Shown piece by piece: positions 1 through 9,526 of a stretch of DNA of 64,000 nucleotides (positions within the stretch are counted from its first letter, which is position 1; each line of letters starts with the position of its first letter). The position numbers were made by a program, and so were the translations under genes. Origin of the DNA: an uncultured Clostridia bacterium (lineage in GTDB: Bacteria > Bacillota > Clostridia > TANB77 > CAG-508); assembly GCA_944388805.1 (NCBI GenBank), contig CALXKE010000004.1:6799-70798 (forward strand), in the 5' to 3' direction. The notes under the pieces are model-generated. The model saw only the letters and a list, made by a program, of their open reading frames with translations. It had not been told where the DNA came from and did no database searches.

Positions 1-240
1 ATCATCTATTTCAGATTGTGCAGAGGAAATTTGCATAATTAAATCTTCGACTTGTTGCAGTGTTTCTGACTTTTCTGTATTGATATTTTCTAATTCTTCT
101 TTTGCTTCCTCTATTTTTTTGTCTGTTTCATTACTACTTGCATTTAATTCTGATTTTGTCGCAGCTAATACCACATTAAATTGCAATAAGATAACTGCTA
201 TTACAATCATTCCTACAATTTTGAGTCCTGTTTTTTTCAT
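1..240 (-). CDS. Secreted/anchored coiled-coil protein, N-terminal part only (gene runs off the left window edge)
   Basis: Minus-strand ATG at 238-240 behind AAGGAG. Reads MKKTGLKIVGMIVIAVILLQFNVVLAATKSELNASSNETDKKIEEAKEELENI.., a signal/anchor then E/K/Q-rich heptads like the N-terminus of the adjacent M23 peptidase. Plus ORF 80-283 is its antisense shadow. Confidence 0.5.
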   Translation of the reverse strand, partial: MKKTGLKIVGMIVIAVILLQFNVVLAATKSELNASSNETDKKIEEAKEELENINTEKSETLQQVEDLIMQISSAQSEIDD

Positions 241-303
241 TTTGTTTTTCTCCTTTTCCTCTCACATTTGTTTTTTAATATAACATTGAACTTATGAACA
301 ATT

Positions 304-1530
304 TTAATATTGTGCTGTCATGTCTGTTTCTTCTTGTGAATCGTCTTCTGTCTGTGTACCTGGAACAAGCCCAGTTGTGATATATGGTAATGGATCTGTT
401 ACAACTCCATTTATTCTGACTTCAAAATGAGCATGTGGTCCTGTTGAATATCCTGTTGAACCTACTTTCAAAATAGGATCGTTCTTTTTAACAGTTTGTC
501 CAACCTGTACCAAAATTTCTGATCCATGTGCATATAATGTAGAAATTCCCCCTCCATGATCTATCAGTACCATCTTTCCATATGCTGTATTATATTCTGC
601 TTTTGTAACAATACCATCATTTGCCGCTACAAATTCAGCACCCATTGGTGCACCAATATCCACACCTGTATGCAATTTATATTGACCTGTAATAGGATGT
701 ACTCTCATTCCATAATTTGAGGTAATTTTGTTATATCCTGGTACTGGCCAAGCAAGTTCTCCCCCTATATATACTGAATCTAAACCTTGGACTGCAAGTT
801 CTAATATTTGATTATTGACATCTTCATATTGCTGTGTCATTTCATCAATTTGTGCCTGTTTCGCCTTCTCCTCATCTGATAACCTAGATATATAATTTTC
901 TCGTAATGCTTTGGTATTTTGTAGTACTGTTGCTGTTTTCGTTTGTGCTTGTAATGCTGTTGCCAATGATTCTTGGTTCTTTTCTAATTCTTGTTTTGCT
1001 AACTCAATTTCTTTTTTCTCTGATTCCACTTCATCTAACAAATCTTTATCCACTGATGCAATTTCTGTAATCAAATAATAATTTGACAAAAAATCTGAAA
1101 TGTTACTTGAGTTTAAAAGTACATCTAGATATTTTGTATCACCTGCTTCATAAATGGCTACTAGTCGCTTTTCCATGATGTCTTTTTGTTTTTCATAATT
1201 TTTCTCTGCTACATCTAATTGTGATTGAATATTTGCTATTTCTTCTTGTAATTCGTTTACTTGTGTATTTAGTTCTTCTATTTCATTTTCTGATTCTCTA
1301 ATTTTTTCATCTAATTTTTCTATTTGTTGCAAGTTTTCTGATAGTTGGCTTTGCACTTCTTCTAATTCTTCATGAGATTGTTCTATTTGGTCTTGTAAAT
1401 CTTGCTGTTGTGTTTGTAAATCTGTTAAATTACTATTGGTGTTATTGGTTGTGTTTTCTTCTGCATATACCACAGTTATATATGTACAAATGATGATAAA
1501 AGCTAAAACAATACATAAAAATTTACGCAT
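304..1530 (-). CDS. M23/LytM family peptidoglycan metalloendopeptidase with long N-terminal coiled coil (EnvC/PcsB-like partner of FtsEX)
   Basis: 408-aa ORF with signal/anchor and about 230 aa of E/Q/K heptads. C-terminal LytM motifs HTGVDIGAPMG and GPHAHFEV. Lies immediately downstream of ftsEX. Confidence 0.85.
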   Translation of the reverse strand: MRKFLCIVLAFIIICTYITVVYAEENTTNNTNSNLTDLQTQQQDLQDQIEQSHEELEEVQSQLSENLQQIEKLDEKIRESENEIEELNTQVNELQEEIANIQSQLDVAEKNYEKQKDIMEKRLVAIYEAGDTKYLDVLLNSSNISDFLSNYYLITEIASVDKDLLDEVESEKKEIELAKQELEKNQESLATALQAQTKTATVLQNTKALRENYISRLSDEEKAKQAQIDEMTQQYEDVNNQILELAVQGLDSVYIGGELAWPVPGYNKITSNYGMRVHPITGQYKLHTGVDIGAPMGAEFVAANDGIVTKAEYNTAYGKMVLIDHGGGISTLYAHGSEILVQVGQTVKKNDPILKVGSTGYSTGPHAHFEVRINGVVTDPLPYITTGLVPGTQTEDDSQEETDMTAQY

Positions 1531-1541
1531 GCTCTACTCCT

Positions 1542-2444
1542 TTATACTTTTAAATATTTTCTCATAGAAATAATACTTCCTATGGCTCCTATTCCAATTC
1601 CTAGTAACATATATATAAATATGATTGAACTAAACATATCTGAGAATCCTACTAAGCTTACACCTACTGTTCTCATAAATTGTGAATTTACCATTTGTTC
1701 TGCTATAAAATTATATGCAACTGCTACAATAACAATTGAAATAGCACTTGCAATGATTCCAATAATCATACCTTCTACAATAAAAGGCCATCTGATAAAT
1801 CCATTTGTCGCACCCACATATTTCATAATAGAAATTTCTTTTCTTCTTGCATGTACAGTTAATTTAATTGTATTTGCAATAATAAATATAGAGATAATAA
1901 CTAATAATGCTAAAATAACACCTGTTACAATTTTGATTCCATTTGCTAAATCGATTAAAGTTGATACAGTTTCATTAGAGCTTGTAATCTTTTTTACATT
2001 AGCCAACTGAGATATTTCATCTTGTACTTGCTGACTTAATGTTAAATCTGTTAAAGTTACAATATATGAAGCTGTGAAAATGTTATTTTCTCCATCATAC
2101 CCTTCTAATAAATCTTCATTTTCTGCAAATCTCTCTTTCATTTGGCTTAAGGCTTCTTCTTTTGATACATATTCTATTGTATTAACACCATTTATTTTAT
2201 TAATCTCTTCTCCTAATTGTTGAATTTGTTCATCTGTTGCCTCATCTGTTGCAAATACTTGTATTCCTTGTGCTTCCTCAACTTCTTGTACAAAATGGTT
2301 AATATTTTCACTTAAGATTAAGAAAACACCAAATATAATCATAGTTGCACACATAATCATGAGTGACGCACCTGTTGATTTTTTATTCTTAAATACGTTA
2401 CTAAATCCTTCTCCAATTAAATATCCTAATATATTATATTTCAC
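1542..2444 (-). CDS. ftsX: Cell division ABC transporter permease-like protein FtsX
   Basis: 300 aa: one N-terminal TM, a large extracytoplasmic loop and three C-terminal TMs. Its start overlaps the ftsE stop by 4 nt. Confidence 0.88.
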   Translation of the reverse strand: MKYNILGYLIGEGFSNVFKNKKSTGASLMIMCATMIIFGVFLILSENINHFVQEVEEAQGIQVFATDEATDEQIQQLGEEINKINGVNTIEYVSKEEALSQMKERFAENEDLLEGYDGENNIFTASYIVTLTDLTLSQQVQDEISQLANVKKITSSNETVSTLIDLANGIKIVTGVILALLVIISIFIIANTIKLTVHARRKEISIMKYVGATNGFIRWPFIVEGMIIGIIASAISIVIVAVAYNFIAEQMVNSQFMRTVGVSLVGFSDMFSSIIFIYMLLGIGIGAIGSIISMRKYLKV

Positions 2445-3121
2445 AGTTCATACCCACCTTTTTTATCGTCTTTTATGATTTCACCTTTTCTAATATGAAT
2501 AACCCTTTTTTTCATCTTGTCTACAATATCTTTCGCATGTGTTGCAACAACAACGGTTGTTCCTCTCATGTTAATATCATTTAATAATGTCATAATATCC
2601 CATGCTGTATCTGGGTCCAAGTTTCCTGTTGGCTCATCTGCAATTAGCATAGATGGATTGTTTACCAAAGCTCTAGCTAAAGCCACTCTTTGTTGTTCTC
2701 CTCCTGACAATTCATTTGGATACATTTTCGCTTTTCCACTTAAACCAACTAATGAAAGTACCATTGGAACTTGTCTTCTAATATGTCTTGGTGTTGCTCT
2801 TACAATATACATGGCATAAGCAACATTGTCATATACAGTTTTGTCTGGTAATAGTCTGAAATCTTGAAATACAACTCCCATACTTCTTCTTAAATATGGA
2901 ACTCTATTTGGTTTTAAAAATGTAGTATCTTTTCCATTGATGATAATATTTCCTGAAGTTGGTTCTTCTTCTTTTAAAATTAATTTGATTAGAGTTGATT
3001 TTCCACTTCCTGAAGATCCAACTAAAAAAGCAAATTCCCCTTTATCGATTCTAAAATTGGCGTTTTTTACTGCTTTTGTACCTGTATCATATGTCTTTGT
3101 GACATTTCTAAATTCAATCAT
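2441..3121 (-). CDS. ftsE: Cell division ATP-binding protein FtsE
   Basis: Walker A GSSGSGKST, ABC signature LSGGEQQR, Walker B LIADEPTGNLD. 226 aa, followed by ftsX. Confidence 0.93.
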   Translation of the reverse strand: MIEFRNVTKTYDTGTKAVKNANFRIDKGEFAFLVGSSGSGKSTLIKLILKEEEPTSGNIIINGKDTTFLKPNRVPYLRRSMGVVFQDFRLLPDKTVYDNVAYAMYIVRATPRHIRRQVPMVLSLVGLSGKAKMYPNELSGGEQQRVALARALVNNPSMLIADEPTGNLDPDTAWDIMTLLNDINMRGTTVVVATHAKDIVDKMKKRVIHIRKGEIIKDDKKGGYEL

Positions 3122-3222
3122 CTTTTGCTCTCCTTATATATTTTTTCGCATAATATTCTATTATATAATTTATTCTATCTAATCATAACAATAAAGAACA
3201 AAATTTGCAATAGTTTTTACCT

Positions 3223-3270
3223 AAAAAAACAATAGAAAATGTTGACTTTTTTGCATTTTCTATCGTTTTT
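3223..3270 (-). terminator. Terminator downstream of the transketolase subunit gene
   Basis: caatagaaaatg / cattttctatcg 12-bp stem flanked by A7 and T5. Confidence 0.55.
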
Positions 3271-3336
3271 CTCCATTTTTCTTTATTTCAAAAAATTCAC
3301 ACAAAATTTACATTTAAGAGGTTTCATGGACAGATT

Positions 3337-3373
3337 GAGGGATTTTTTGTAGCAGGCTCATTTTTCCCTTTTT
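3337..3373. repeat. Solo, degenerate half-copy of PE1
   Basis: gagggattttttgtagcaggctcatttttcccttttt is the outer plus inner module of one arm only. Its inner end abuts the transketolase stop codon (3372-3374). Confidence 0.6.
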
Positions 3374-4301
3374 ACAATTTCTTAACTTGTTCCATAATAG
3401 CGTCACTTGTTAATCCAAAATATTTTAGCAACTCTACTGCATTTCCAGATTTTCCAAAAGTATCATGAATTCCCATTCGTGTTAATTTGCAAGGGTATTC
3501 TTCTGTTAGCACTTCACTAATGGCACTTCCTAATCCGCCAATGACACTATGGTCTTCTATAGAAATTAGTTTTTTTGTTTCTTTTGCTGATTTGACAATT
3601 ATTTCTTTGTCAATTGGTTTAATGGTATGCATATCCACAACTCTAATATGCATGCCTTCTTCTTCAAGAAGTTCTTTTGCTTTTATCGCTTCAGCTACAA
3701 CCACACCTGTTGCAAAAACTGTTGCATCTGTTCCTTCTCCTATTTGAACTGCCTTTCCAATTTCAAATGTTTGATTTTTTTCATAAATTTCTGGTGTTGC
3801 CAATCTTGCTAATCTTACATATACAGGCCCTTTTATTTTTGAAATTTGCTCTATTAAATATTTTGTCTCTACATCATCAGATGGACATAACACTGTCATA
3901 TTTGGTAAAGCTCTCATTAAAGCTAAATCTTCTAACATTTGATGTGTTGCCCCATCTTCTCCTACGGTAATTCCAGCATGAGTTGCACATATTTTTACAT
4001 TTAAATTTGGATAACAAATGCTTGAACGTATTTGGTCATAGGCACGTCCTGCTGCAAAAGCTGCAAACGTACTAACATATGGTATCTTTCCACAAGATGC
4101 CATACCTGCTGCAACTCCCATCATATTTGCTTCTGCAATTCCCATATCAAAAAATCTGTCTGGAAATTTTTTTGCAAAGATACTGGTTTTGGTTGCTGCA
4201 GATAAATCTGCGTCTAAGACTATTATATTTTGATTTTCCTCTCCTAATTTTTCTAAAATTTCTCCATAACTTTGCCTAGTTGCTTTCTTCTCTTCTTTCA
4301 T
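3372..4301 (-). CDS. Transketolase, C-terminal (pyrimidine-binding plus C-terminal domain) subunit
   Basis: Strong family look (..DADLSAATKT..FFDMGIAEANMMGVAAG..THAGITVGEDGATHQ..). Start placed at MKEEKK (ATG 4301) behind AAAGGAGAGAG; the longer ORF to 4346 runs into a palindromic repeat. Confidence 0.85.
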   Translation of the reverse strand: MKEEKKATRQSYGEILEKLGEENQNIIVLDADLSAATKTSIFAKKFPDRFFDMGIAEANMMGVAAGMASCGKIPYVSTFAAFAAGRAYDQIRSSICYPNLNVKICATHAGITVGEDGATHQMLEDLALMRALPNMTVLCPSDDVETKYLIEQISKIKGPVYVRLARLATPEIYEKNQTFEIGKAVQIGEGTDATVFATGVVVAEAIKAKELLEEEGMHIRVVDMHTIKPIDKEIIVKSAKETKKLISIEDHSVIGGLGSAISEVLTEEYPCKLTRMGIHDTFGKSGNAVELLKYFGLTSDAIMEQVKKL

Positions 4302-4341
4302 GATACTCTCTCCTTTCATTTTTCCGTTCCGTACTCCATTC

Positions 4342-4494
4342 CTCAAAGGTATATATATTATATTTTAAACGGGCTTCGTGGGGACCGACACACTACATAC
4401 TCTTAATAAATCAGCAACAGTCCCGTGGGAGCTGATTTAGTTAGAGTATGTAAAGTGTTGGGATAGCGAAAAATATAATATATATACCTTTGAG
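4342..4494. repeat. 153-bp imperfect palindrome upstream of the transketolase C-subunit gene
   Basis: Outer arms ctcaaaggtatatatattatatttt / aaaatataatatatatacctttgag. Inner arms acactacatactcttaataaatcagc / gctgatttagttagagtatgtaaagtgt. Contains ggggaccgac. Confidence 0.8.
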
Positions 4495-4520
4495 CAATGG
4501 ACTATGGAACAAAGCTCTTC

Positions 4521-5423
4521 TTATAAAGTTGCTCCAATCATACCTGCATCATTATCTAATATAGCTGTCTGGATATTAATTTCTTTTCTCTCATTAAATA
4601 ATAAATTATCCTTTAATAATTTTGTTTTTAATTTTTCTAAGAAAATCTCTTCATAAAACACAAAACTTCCACCGATTCCAATTGCTTCCGGTTCAAAAAT
4701 ATTTACTAAATTGGATATTCCTATACTTAAATATTCTATATATTGCTCTATTAGTCTATTCGTCTGAATATATTTCGGATTGTTTTTCTCCATTTTTCTC
4801 AATATATCCAATAATTCTTTTCCACTAGTTCTTTCATCTAAATCTAAAATTTTTCTTAAATTATCTTTAAATGCTTTCATAGAAGCATATGTTTCCCAAC
4901 AACCTTTTTTACCACACTTACATAGCTTTCCGTTTTTTTCTATTAGCATATGTCCAAATTCACATCCAGGTAATTCTCCTGTATCTAATAATTCATTATG
5001 AATAACAACCGCTCCTCCGATTCCTGTTCCTAAGGTTAAGAATATACTTCTATCATACGATTTTAAGGCACCATATGTATTTTCAGCCAAAGCTGCACAT
5101 TTGGCATCATTTCTAATTTTTATTGGCAATTGTACTTTTTCTTGCAAATTTTTCACAATTTCATAATTTTTTAGTCCCAAATTAACAGATTTTACAACTG
5201 TTTCTTTTTTTACTGTTCCTGGTATAGCAATTCCCATTTCTGTAATTTTATATTGTTCCAAAAAATTTGCTGTTTTTTCAATAATATATTCTTCTATTAC
5301 TTTTTTGATTATGTTTTTTTCAGCTTTTGTAATTCGTTTTTCAACCTTTTCCAATATTTTACCTTGATTATCCACAACGCCTATTGCAATATGACTACCA
5401 CCTAAATCTATTCCTATCTTCAT
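4521..5423 (-). CDS. ROK family glucokinase
   Basis: N-terminal MKIGIDLGGSHIAIGVV ATPase motif and ROK zinc motif CKCGKKGCWETYAS. 300 aa. Confidence 0.85.
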   Translation of the reverse strand: MKIGIDLGGSHIAIGVVDNQGKILEKVEKRITKAEKNIIKKVIEEYIIEKTANFLEQYKITEMGIAIPGTVKKETVVKSVNLGLKNYEIVKNLQEKVQLPIKIRNDAKCAALAENTYGALKSYDRSIFLTLGTGIGGAVVIHNELLDTGELPGCEFGHMLIEKNGKLCKCGKKGCWETYASMKAFKDNLRKILDLDERTSGKELLDILRKMEKNNPKYIQTNRLIEQYIEYLSIGISNLVNIFEPEAIGIGGSFVFYEEIFLEKLKTKLLKDNLLFNERKEINIQTAILDNDAGMIGATL

Positions 5424-5501
5424 TTTAGGCTCACCACTTTCTTAAATTTACTTCATGTACCAATTTTATTTAATTAAAATTGTGTACAATAATTTCTTAT
5501 T

Positions 5502-6317
5502 TTAAACAAAAAACTTATACCAGGCTAATACAAATATTAGATTTAAAATATTGGATATCCCTAAAATAAATCCATAATTTATATTTTTACCATAATCCTT
5601 CTTTTCTGTTCTAATTCTTTTTCGTATATTTTCTATCTTATGCATTAATAATTTAATCGCTACTACAAGTGCTGTCATAATAATAGTATTAATTACAACA
5701 TATTCTCCGGTAAAAATAACCATTGTTAAAACAGCTAATATAACCCCATGAACATAACTATTTTTTGCATATCTTTTTAGTGTAACTGTATCTAAAATTA
5801 AAATAATGACATAAAATACTAGATATATAATATATCTATATATACTCTCTTTTTCTACTACACATAGATATATTATATATGCAATAGATAATAAAATCCC
5901 ATACATAGATATTGATTTTTCAATTTTTCGATTTTCAGAATCAATTCCTGCCATAATGAAAACGAAACACAAATAAAGAACCATAAATCCCCCTTCTGCA
6001 AGTAAGATTGGGTTTAGGTTATTTACACTGATATTCATTAAATATGCTATTATTACAAATGTGAATCCTGATAAAATCTCTAATATAAAATATCTAGGTC
6101 TAATTTTTTCTTTACAATATCTACATTTTCCTAATAAAAAGATATAACTAAATACAGGTATTAAATCTAAAAAATGTAATTTATGGTTACAATTAGGACA
6201 GTATGAAGGTGTATGTGTAATATCCTGTCTTTTGGGTATTCTGCTTATTGCTAATGTAAAAAAACTCCCAAATACAGTCCCCATTATTAATATTAATATA
6301 TATAGTAGAATATCCAT
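5502..6317 (-). CDS. Prepilin (type IV/A24) leader peptidase
   Basis: Polytopic membrane protein with paired Cys motifs YCPNCNHKL..GKCRYCKEKI typical of A24 peptidases. Start set at MDILLY (ATG 6317), 5 nt after AAGGAG; the track start at 6338 is a TTG. Confidence 0.8.
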   Translation of the reverse strand: MDILLYILILIMGTVFGSFFTLAISRIPKRQDITHTPSYCPNCNHKLHFLDLIPVFSYIFLLGKCRYCKEKIRPRYFILEILSGFTFVIIAYLMNISVNNLNPILLAEGGFMVLYLCFVFIMAGIDSENRKIEKSISMYGILLSIAYIIYLCVVEKESIYRYIIYLVFYVIILILDTVTLKRYAKNSYVHGVILAVLTMVIFTGEYVVINTIIMTALVVAIKLLMHKIENIRKRIRTEKKDYGKNINYGFILGISNILNLIFVLAWYKFFV

Positions 6318-6423
6318 TTCTTCTCCTTTTTTCTTCAAATTGTTTATTTTTATCGATTCTTTTGTTTTTCTTTATTTCTATTTGTAGTGGAAAGAGTTGC
6401 TTTAGCCATCACGTTTTTTAATT

Positions 6424-6460
6424 TATAAACCATACACACCTATGTGTGCGTATGGTTTAT
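6424..6460 (-). terminator. Terminator after the pilin-like gene
   Basis: ataaaccatacacac-ctat-gtgtgcgtatggtttat. Confidence 0.55.
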
Positions 6461-6475
6461 AATAATCTTATAATT

Positions 6476-6958
6476 TTATCCATTGTCTTGAGATTGTTCT
6501 GTTACAATTTGTCCAGTAGTAGGTAAAACATAAATATCTTGTCCATTAGTAAAATCTACTTTGATTACTGAAATTTCTTCTTCTGAATCATCTTCAGCAA
6601 TATTTAAAAATTCATCTGTAACATCACTTATATCTGCATCTGAAGTAGTTCTATAAATTGCATCTTTTAATTCATTTTTATTTATTTCTAATGTACTTGG
6701 TGTGTTATTCGTATTTGTAATATTGTTTGCTATCGCACCTCCTGCATGATATTCTGTTAATAAATCTTCTATTGCCAATTTAACAATATCTTCATTACTT
6801 TTTTGCATGGTTGTCGTTTGAGCATCTGTTGGTTCTGTTGGTTTTGTAAGAAATCCATCATCTCCTACTAGCATAGCTATTGAAACCACTGCTAAAATTA
6901 GTAAAACAATAATTGTGATTACTAAAGCTAATAAAGTAATACCTCTCTCATTTCTCAT
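6476..6958 (-). CDS. Prepilin-type N-terminal cleavage domain protein (pilin/pseudopilin-like)
   Basis: MRNERG/ITLLALVITIIVLLILAVVSIAML is a short basic leader ending in G plus about 22 hydrophobic residues (class III signal). Adjacent to the prepilin peptidase; AAAGGAGG lies upstream of ATG 6958. Confidence 0.7.
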   Translation of the reverse strand: MRNERGITLLALVITIIVLLILAVVSIAMLVGDDGFLTKPTEPTDAQTTTMQKSNEDIVKLAIEDLLTEYHAGGAIANNITNTNNTPSTLEINKNELKDAIYRTTSDADISDVTDEFLNIAEDDSEEEISVIKVDFTNGQDIYVLPTTGQIVTEQSQDNG

Positions 6959-7157
6959 TTTTTGTGTTTCCTCCTTTTCTTTCAAAATAAATCTATTTTA
7001 AAATAAACATAACATTAATGACTATTTATTTGCTTCTGTCAAAATAAATTTCTAGTTATAGGTAAGTATGTATATTAATTCTATTTTATTTTATCATCCC
7101 ATATATAAAAATCAATACATTTTATCAGATTTTAATGCAATTGTAATTGAAGTGTAT

Positions 7158-8501
7158 TCAAATTGTAATATTTATTTTTTGTAATTTACATATAAAAAAG
7201 CCGTCTGTTTCATCATTTTGATATAATTGGATTTTATTTAAATTTTCTGTAATTTTATTTTGATCTGGTATTTCCATTTTTGCATATGTAAAGTCTGGAT
7301 TTTTTTGTAAAAATTTATCTATAATTTTGTCATTCTCCTCACTAAAAATACTGCATGTTGAATAAACAAGGTATCCATTTGGTTTTAAATACTTAGAACA
7401 AGTTTCTAATATTTTTTGTTGAATTTGTGTAATTTCTTCAACGTCTTCTGGCTTTCGTTTCCATTTAATATCTGGTTTTCTTTTTAAAACTCCCATTCCT
7501 AAACATGGTACATCCAATAAGATTTTATCAAATTTTTCCTTATATTTTTCTTTATAAACCATTGCATCTTGACATTCTGTTTTTATAATATGAATGCCTA
7601 ATCGTTTTGCAGTTGCTTCTACTAGTTTTACTCTATGAGCATATAAATCCCATGCAATAATTTCTCCTTCATCTCCCATCAATTCTGACATATAACTTGT
7701 CTTTCCTCCAGGGCTACTACAAGCATCCAATATAACTTCTTTTGGTTTTGGATCAACAATTTTAGCAATTAATCCTGCTCCTTCATCTTGAATAGTAAAA
7801 TATCCTTGTTTAAATAAATCTAATCGTTCTATATTTTTTACTTTTTCTAGTATTAAAAAGTCTTTCAACTTTCCTGCTTGAAATATTATTCCTCTTTCTT
7901 TCAATAAGTTTTCCAATTTTTGTTTATCTGTTTTTAAATGATTGATTCTAATTGCTACTTTAGGTTTTATATTAGAAGCTTTACAAATTTCTTCTACTTT
8001 TTCAATATCATTTTCTTTTAATAGTTCTTCTATTATCCAAATCGGCATAGAAGTTGTCTTGGAAATTCTTTCAATTGGATTTTCGATTTGAAAAAACGTT
8101 TCATAATCTTTCTTCTCTACTTTTCTTAAAATAGCGTTTACAAAATTACGACTTCCTTTATGCCCATATCGTTTTGCCAAATTAACACTTTCATTCACTG
8201 CCGCTGATTTAGGAACTTTATCTAAAAAAACAATTTGATAAATTCCCATTCTCAATATATTTAATATCCATGGGGAAATTTTTTTTAGTCTAATATTAGA
8301 ATATCTTTTTATAATTTCATCTATGGTCAATTTCCATGAAGTAACACCATATACAATTTCTGAAATAAATCCAATGTCTCTATCATCTAACCTATTTCTA
8401 TTTTCCTTGATAGTTTCATCTAAAACAATATTAGAATATGCTTCTTCTTTATCAATTTTGTATAAAATTTTTAATGCTACTTCTCTTACAATATCCATCA
8501 T
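7158..8501 (-). CDS. rsmB: 16S rRNA (cytosine967-C5)-methyltransferase RsmB
   Basis: N-terminal NusB-like domain. SAM motif DACSSPGGKTS and catalytic PCLGMGV / YSTCS motifs. 447 aa. Confidence 0.88.
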   Translation of the reverse strand: MMDIVREVALKILYKIDKEEAYSNIVLDETIKENRNRLDDRDIGFISEIVYGVTSWKLTIDEIIKRYSNIRLKKISPWILNILRMGIYQIVFLDKVPKSAAVNESVNLAKRYGHKGSRNFVNAILRKVEKKDYETFFQIENPIERISKTTSMPIWIIEELLKENDIEKVEEICKASNIKPKVAIRINHLKTDKQKLENLLKERGIIFQAGKLKDFLILEKVKNIERLDLFKQGYFTIQDEGAGLIAKIVDPKPKEVILDACSSPGGKTSYMSELMGDEGEIIAWDLYAHRVKLVEATAKRLGIHIIKTECQDAMVYKEKYKEKFDKILLDVPCLGMGVLKRKPDIKWKRKPEDVEEITQIQQKILETCSKYLKPNGYLVYSTCSIFSEENDKIIDKFLQKNPDFTYAKMEIPDQNKITENLNKIQLYQNDETDGFFICKLQKINITI

Positions 8502-8673
8502 TTTCTCCTTTTTTTATGTTTCATTATCAACTTATTTGTTAACTTCTTGATTTTTTTAATTTTTCTTTATTCTTCTAAATTATATACTTTAATTTATATT
8601 TTTTCTACCAATTTTGTATATTTTTTATTTTTTGGGAAAACATATTTTTAAAAGATTTTGGAGGTTTTTATAT

Positions 8674-8901
8674 ATGGAAATTAAAAAACATTTAATCATT
8701 ACTGGTAATTCAACTGTATCATGGAAAGATGCGATTGTAAAAGCAGTTGCAGAAGCTTCTAAGACAATTGATTACCTTTCTGATGTCAAAATTTTAGAAC
8801 AAAGAGCAAGCATTAGTGGAGATAAGATTTCTGAATATTTTGTTGACTTAGATATCTCATTTTCTATTGATTTAAATAGAAAAGATAACAAAAATGCTTA
8901 A
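8674..8901 (+). CDS. Dodecin-family small flavin-binding protein (tentative)
   Basis: 75 aa, MEIKKHLIITGNSTVSWKDAIVKAVAEASKTIDYLSDVKILEQ.., resembles the dodecin fold signature. ATG 8674 sits behind GGAGG; the longer track ORF from 8614 lacks an RBS. Confidence 0.5.
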   Translation: MEIKKHLIITGNSTVSWKDAIVKAVAEASKTIDYLSDVKILEQRASISGDKISEYFVDLDISFSIDLNRKDNKNA

Positions 8902-8925
8902 TTTTTTTGAAAGGAATTATGTATA

Positions 8926-9393
8926 ATGGAAAATCCAACAGAAACAAAAAAAACATATCAAGATTATGTAGATAAAAAATCTCCCAACTCACCAATTTTA
9001 AAAAATTGTTTTAATGCCTTTTGGGTAGGAGGTCTTATTTGTACAATTGGACAAATTATTCTTAATATTTGCAAAGATAGAGGCTTTGATACGCAAATTT
9101 CTGGGACAATTGTTTCCATTTTATTAATCGGCTTATCCGCTTTTCTTACTGGATTAAATATATTTAATAAAATTGGAAAATTTGCAGGGGCAGGTTCTCT
9201 AATTCCAATTACTGGATTTGCAAATTCTATTGTTTCTCCTGCCATGGAGTACAAATCAGAAGGTTATGTCATGGGTGTTGGTGGAAAAATGTTTACCGTT
9301 GCAGGACCTGTTTTAGTATTTGGTATATCTACTTCTATATTAATCGGTATTATATACTTAATTTTTAATACACAAAGCATTACTTTAGTTTAA
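8926..9393 (+). CDS. spoVAC: Stage V sporulation protein AC
   Basis: 155 aa, 4 TM. Conserved ..FWVGGLICTIGQ.. and ..IPITGFANSIVSPAME.. motifs. First gene of a spoVAC-AD-AE cluster. Confidence 0.9.
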   Translation: MENPTETKKTYQDYVDKKSPNSPILKNCFNAFWVGGLICTIGQIILNICKDRGFDTQISGTIVSILLIGLSAFLTGLNIFNKIGKFAGAGSLIPITGFANSIVSPAMEYKSEGYVMGVGGKMFTVAGPVLVFGISTSILIGIIYLIFNTQSITLV

Positions 9394-9508
9394 AGGTTGC
9401 CAAAGGGGACGGGCCATTTTGGCAACTTATTACCGACTTTTGATTTATCCTATATATAGTTATAGTGTTAAAAGTTGCCAAAATAGCCCGTCCCCTTTGG
9501 CAACCTTT
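9392..9508. repeat. Palindromic element (PE1-related, type H) inside the spoVAC-spoVAD intergenic gap
   Basis: 36-nt arms aaaggttgccaaaGGGGACGGgccattttggcaact / agttgccaaaatagcccgtcccctttggcaaccttt. The left end overlaps the spoVAC TAA and the right end abuts the spoVAD SD. Confidence 0.88.
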
Positions 9509-9526
9509 CGAAAGGAGTTGAATATT

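Noticed and set aside
1582-2010. Many plus-strand ORFs of 60-170 aa lie inside minus-strand genes (e.g. 1582-2010, 2517-2819, 21067-21366, 24413-24748, 41633-42070, 48613-49131, 62601-63065).
   Set aside because: They are antisense shadows of well-supported genes. They have low-complexity or hydrophobic compositions and no SD sequences, and stop-poor reverse frames are typical of AT-rich genomes.
9419-9526. N-terminal 36 codons of track ORF 9419-9754 (MATYYRLLIYPIYSYSV..).
   Set aside because: They are encoded by the palindromic element between spoVAC and spoVAD. The SpoVAD homology and the SD (GAAAGGAG) begin only at about 9510-9527.
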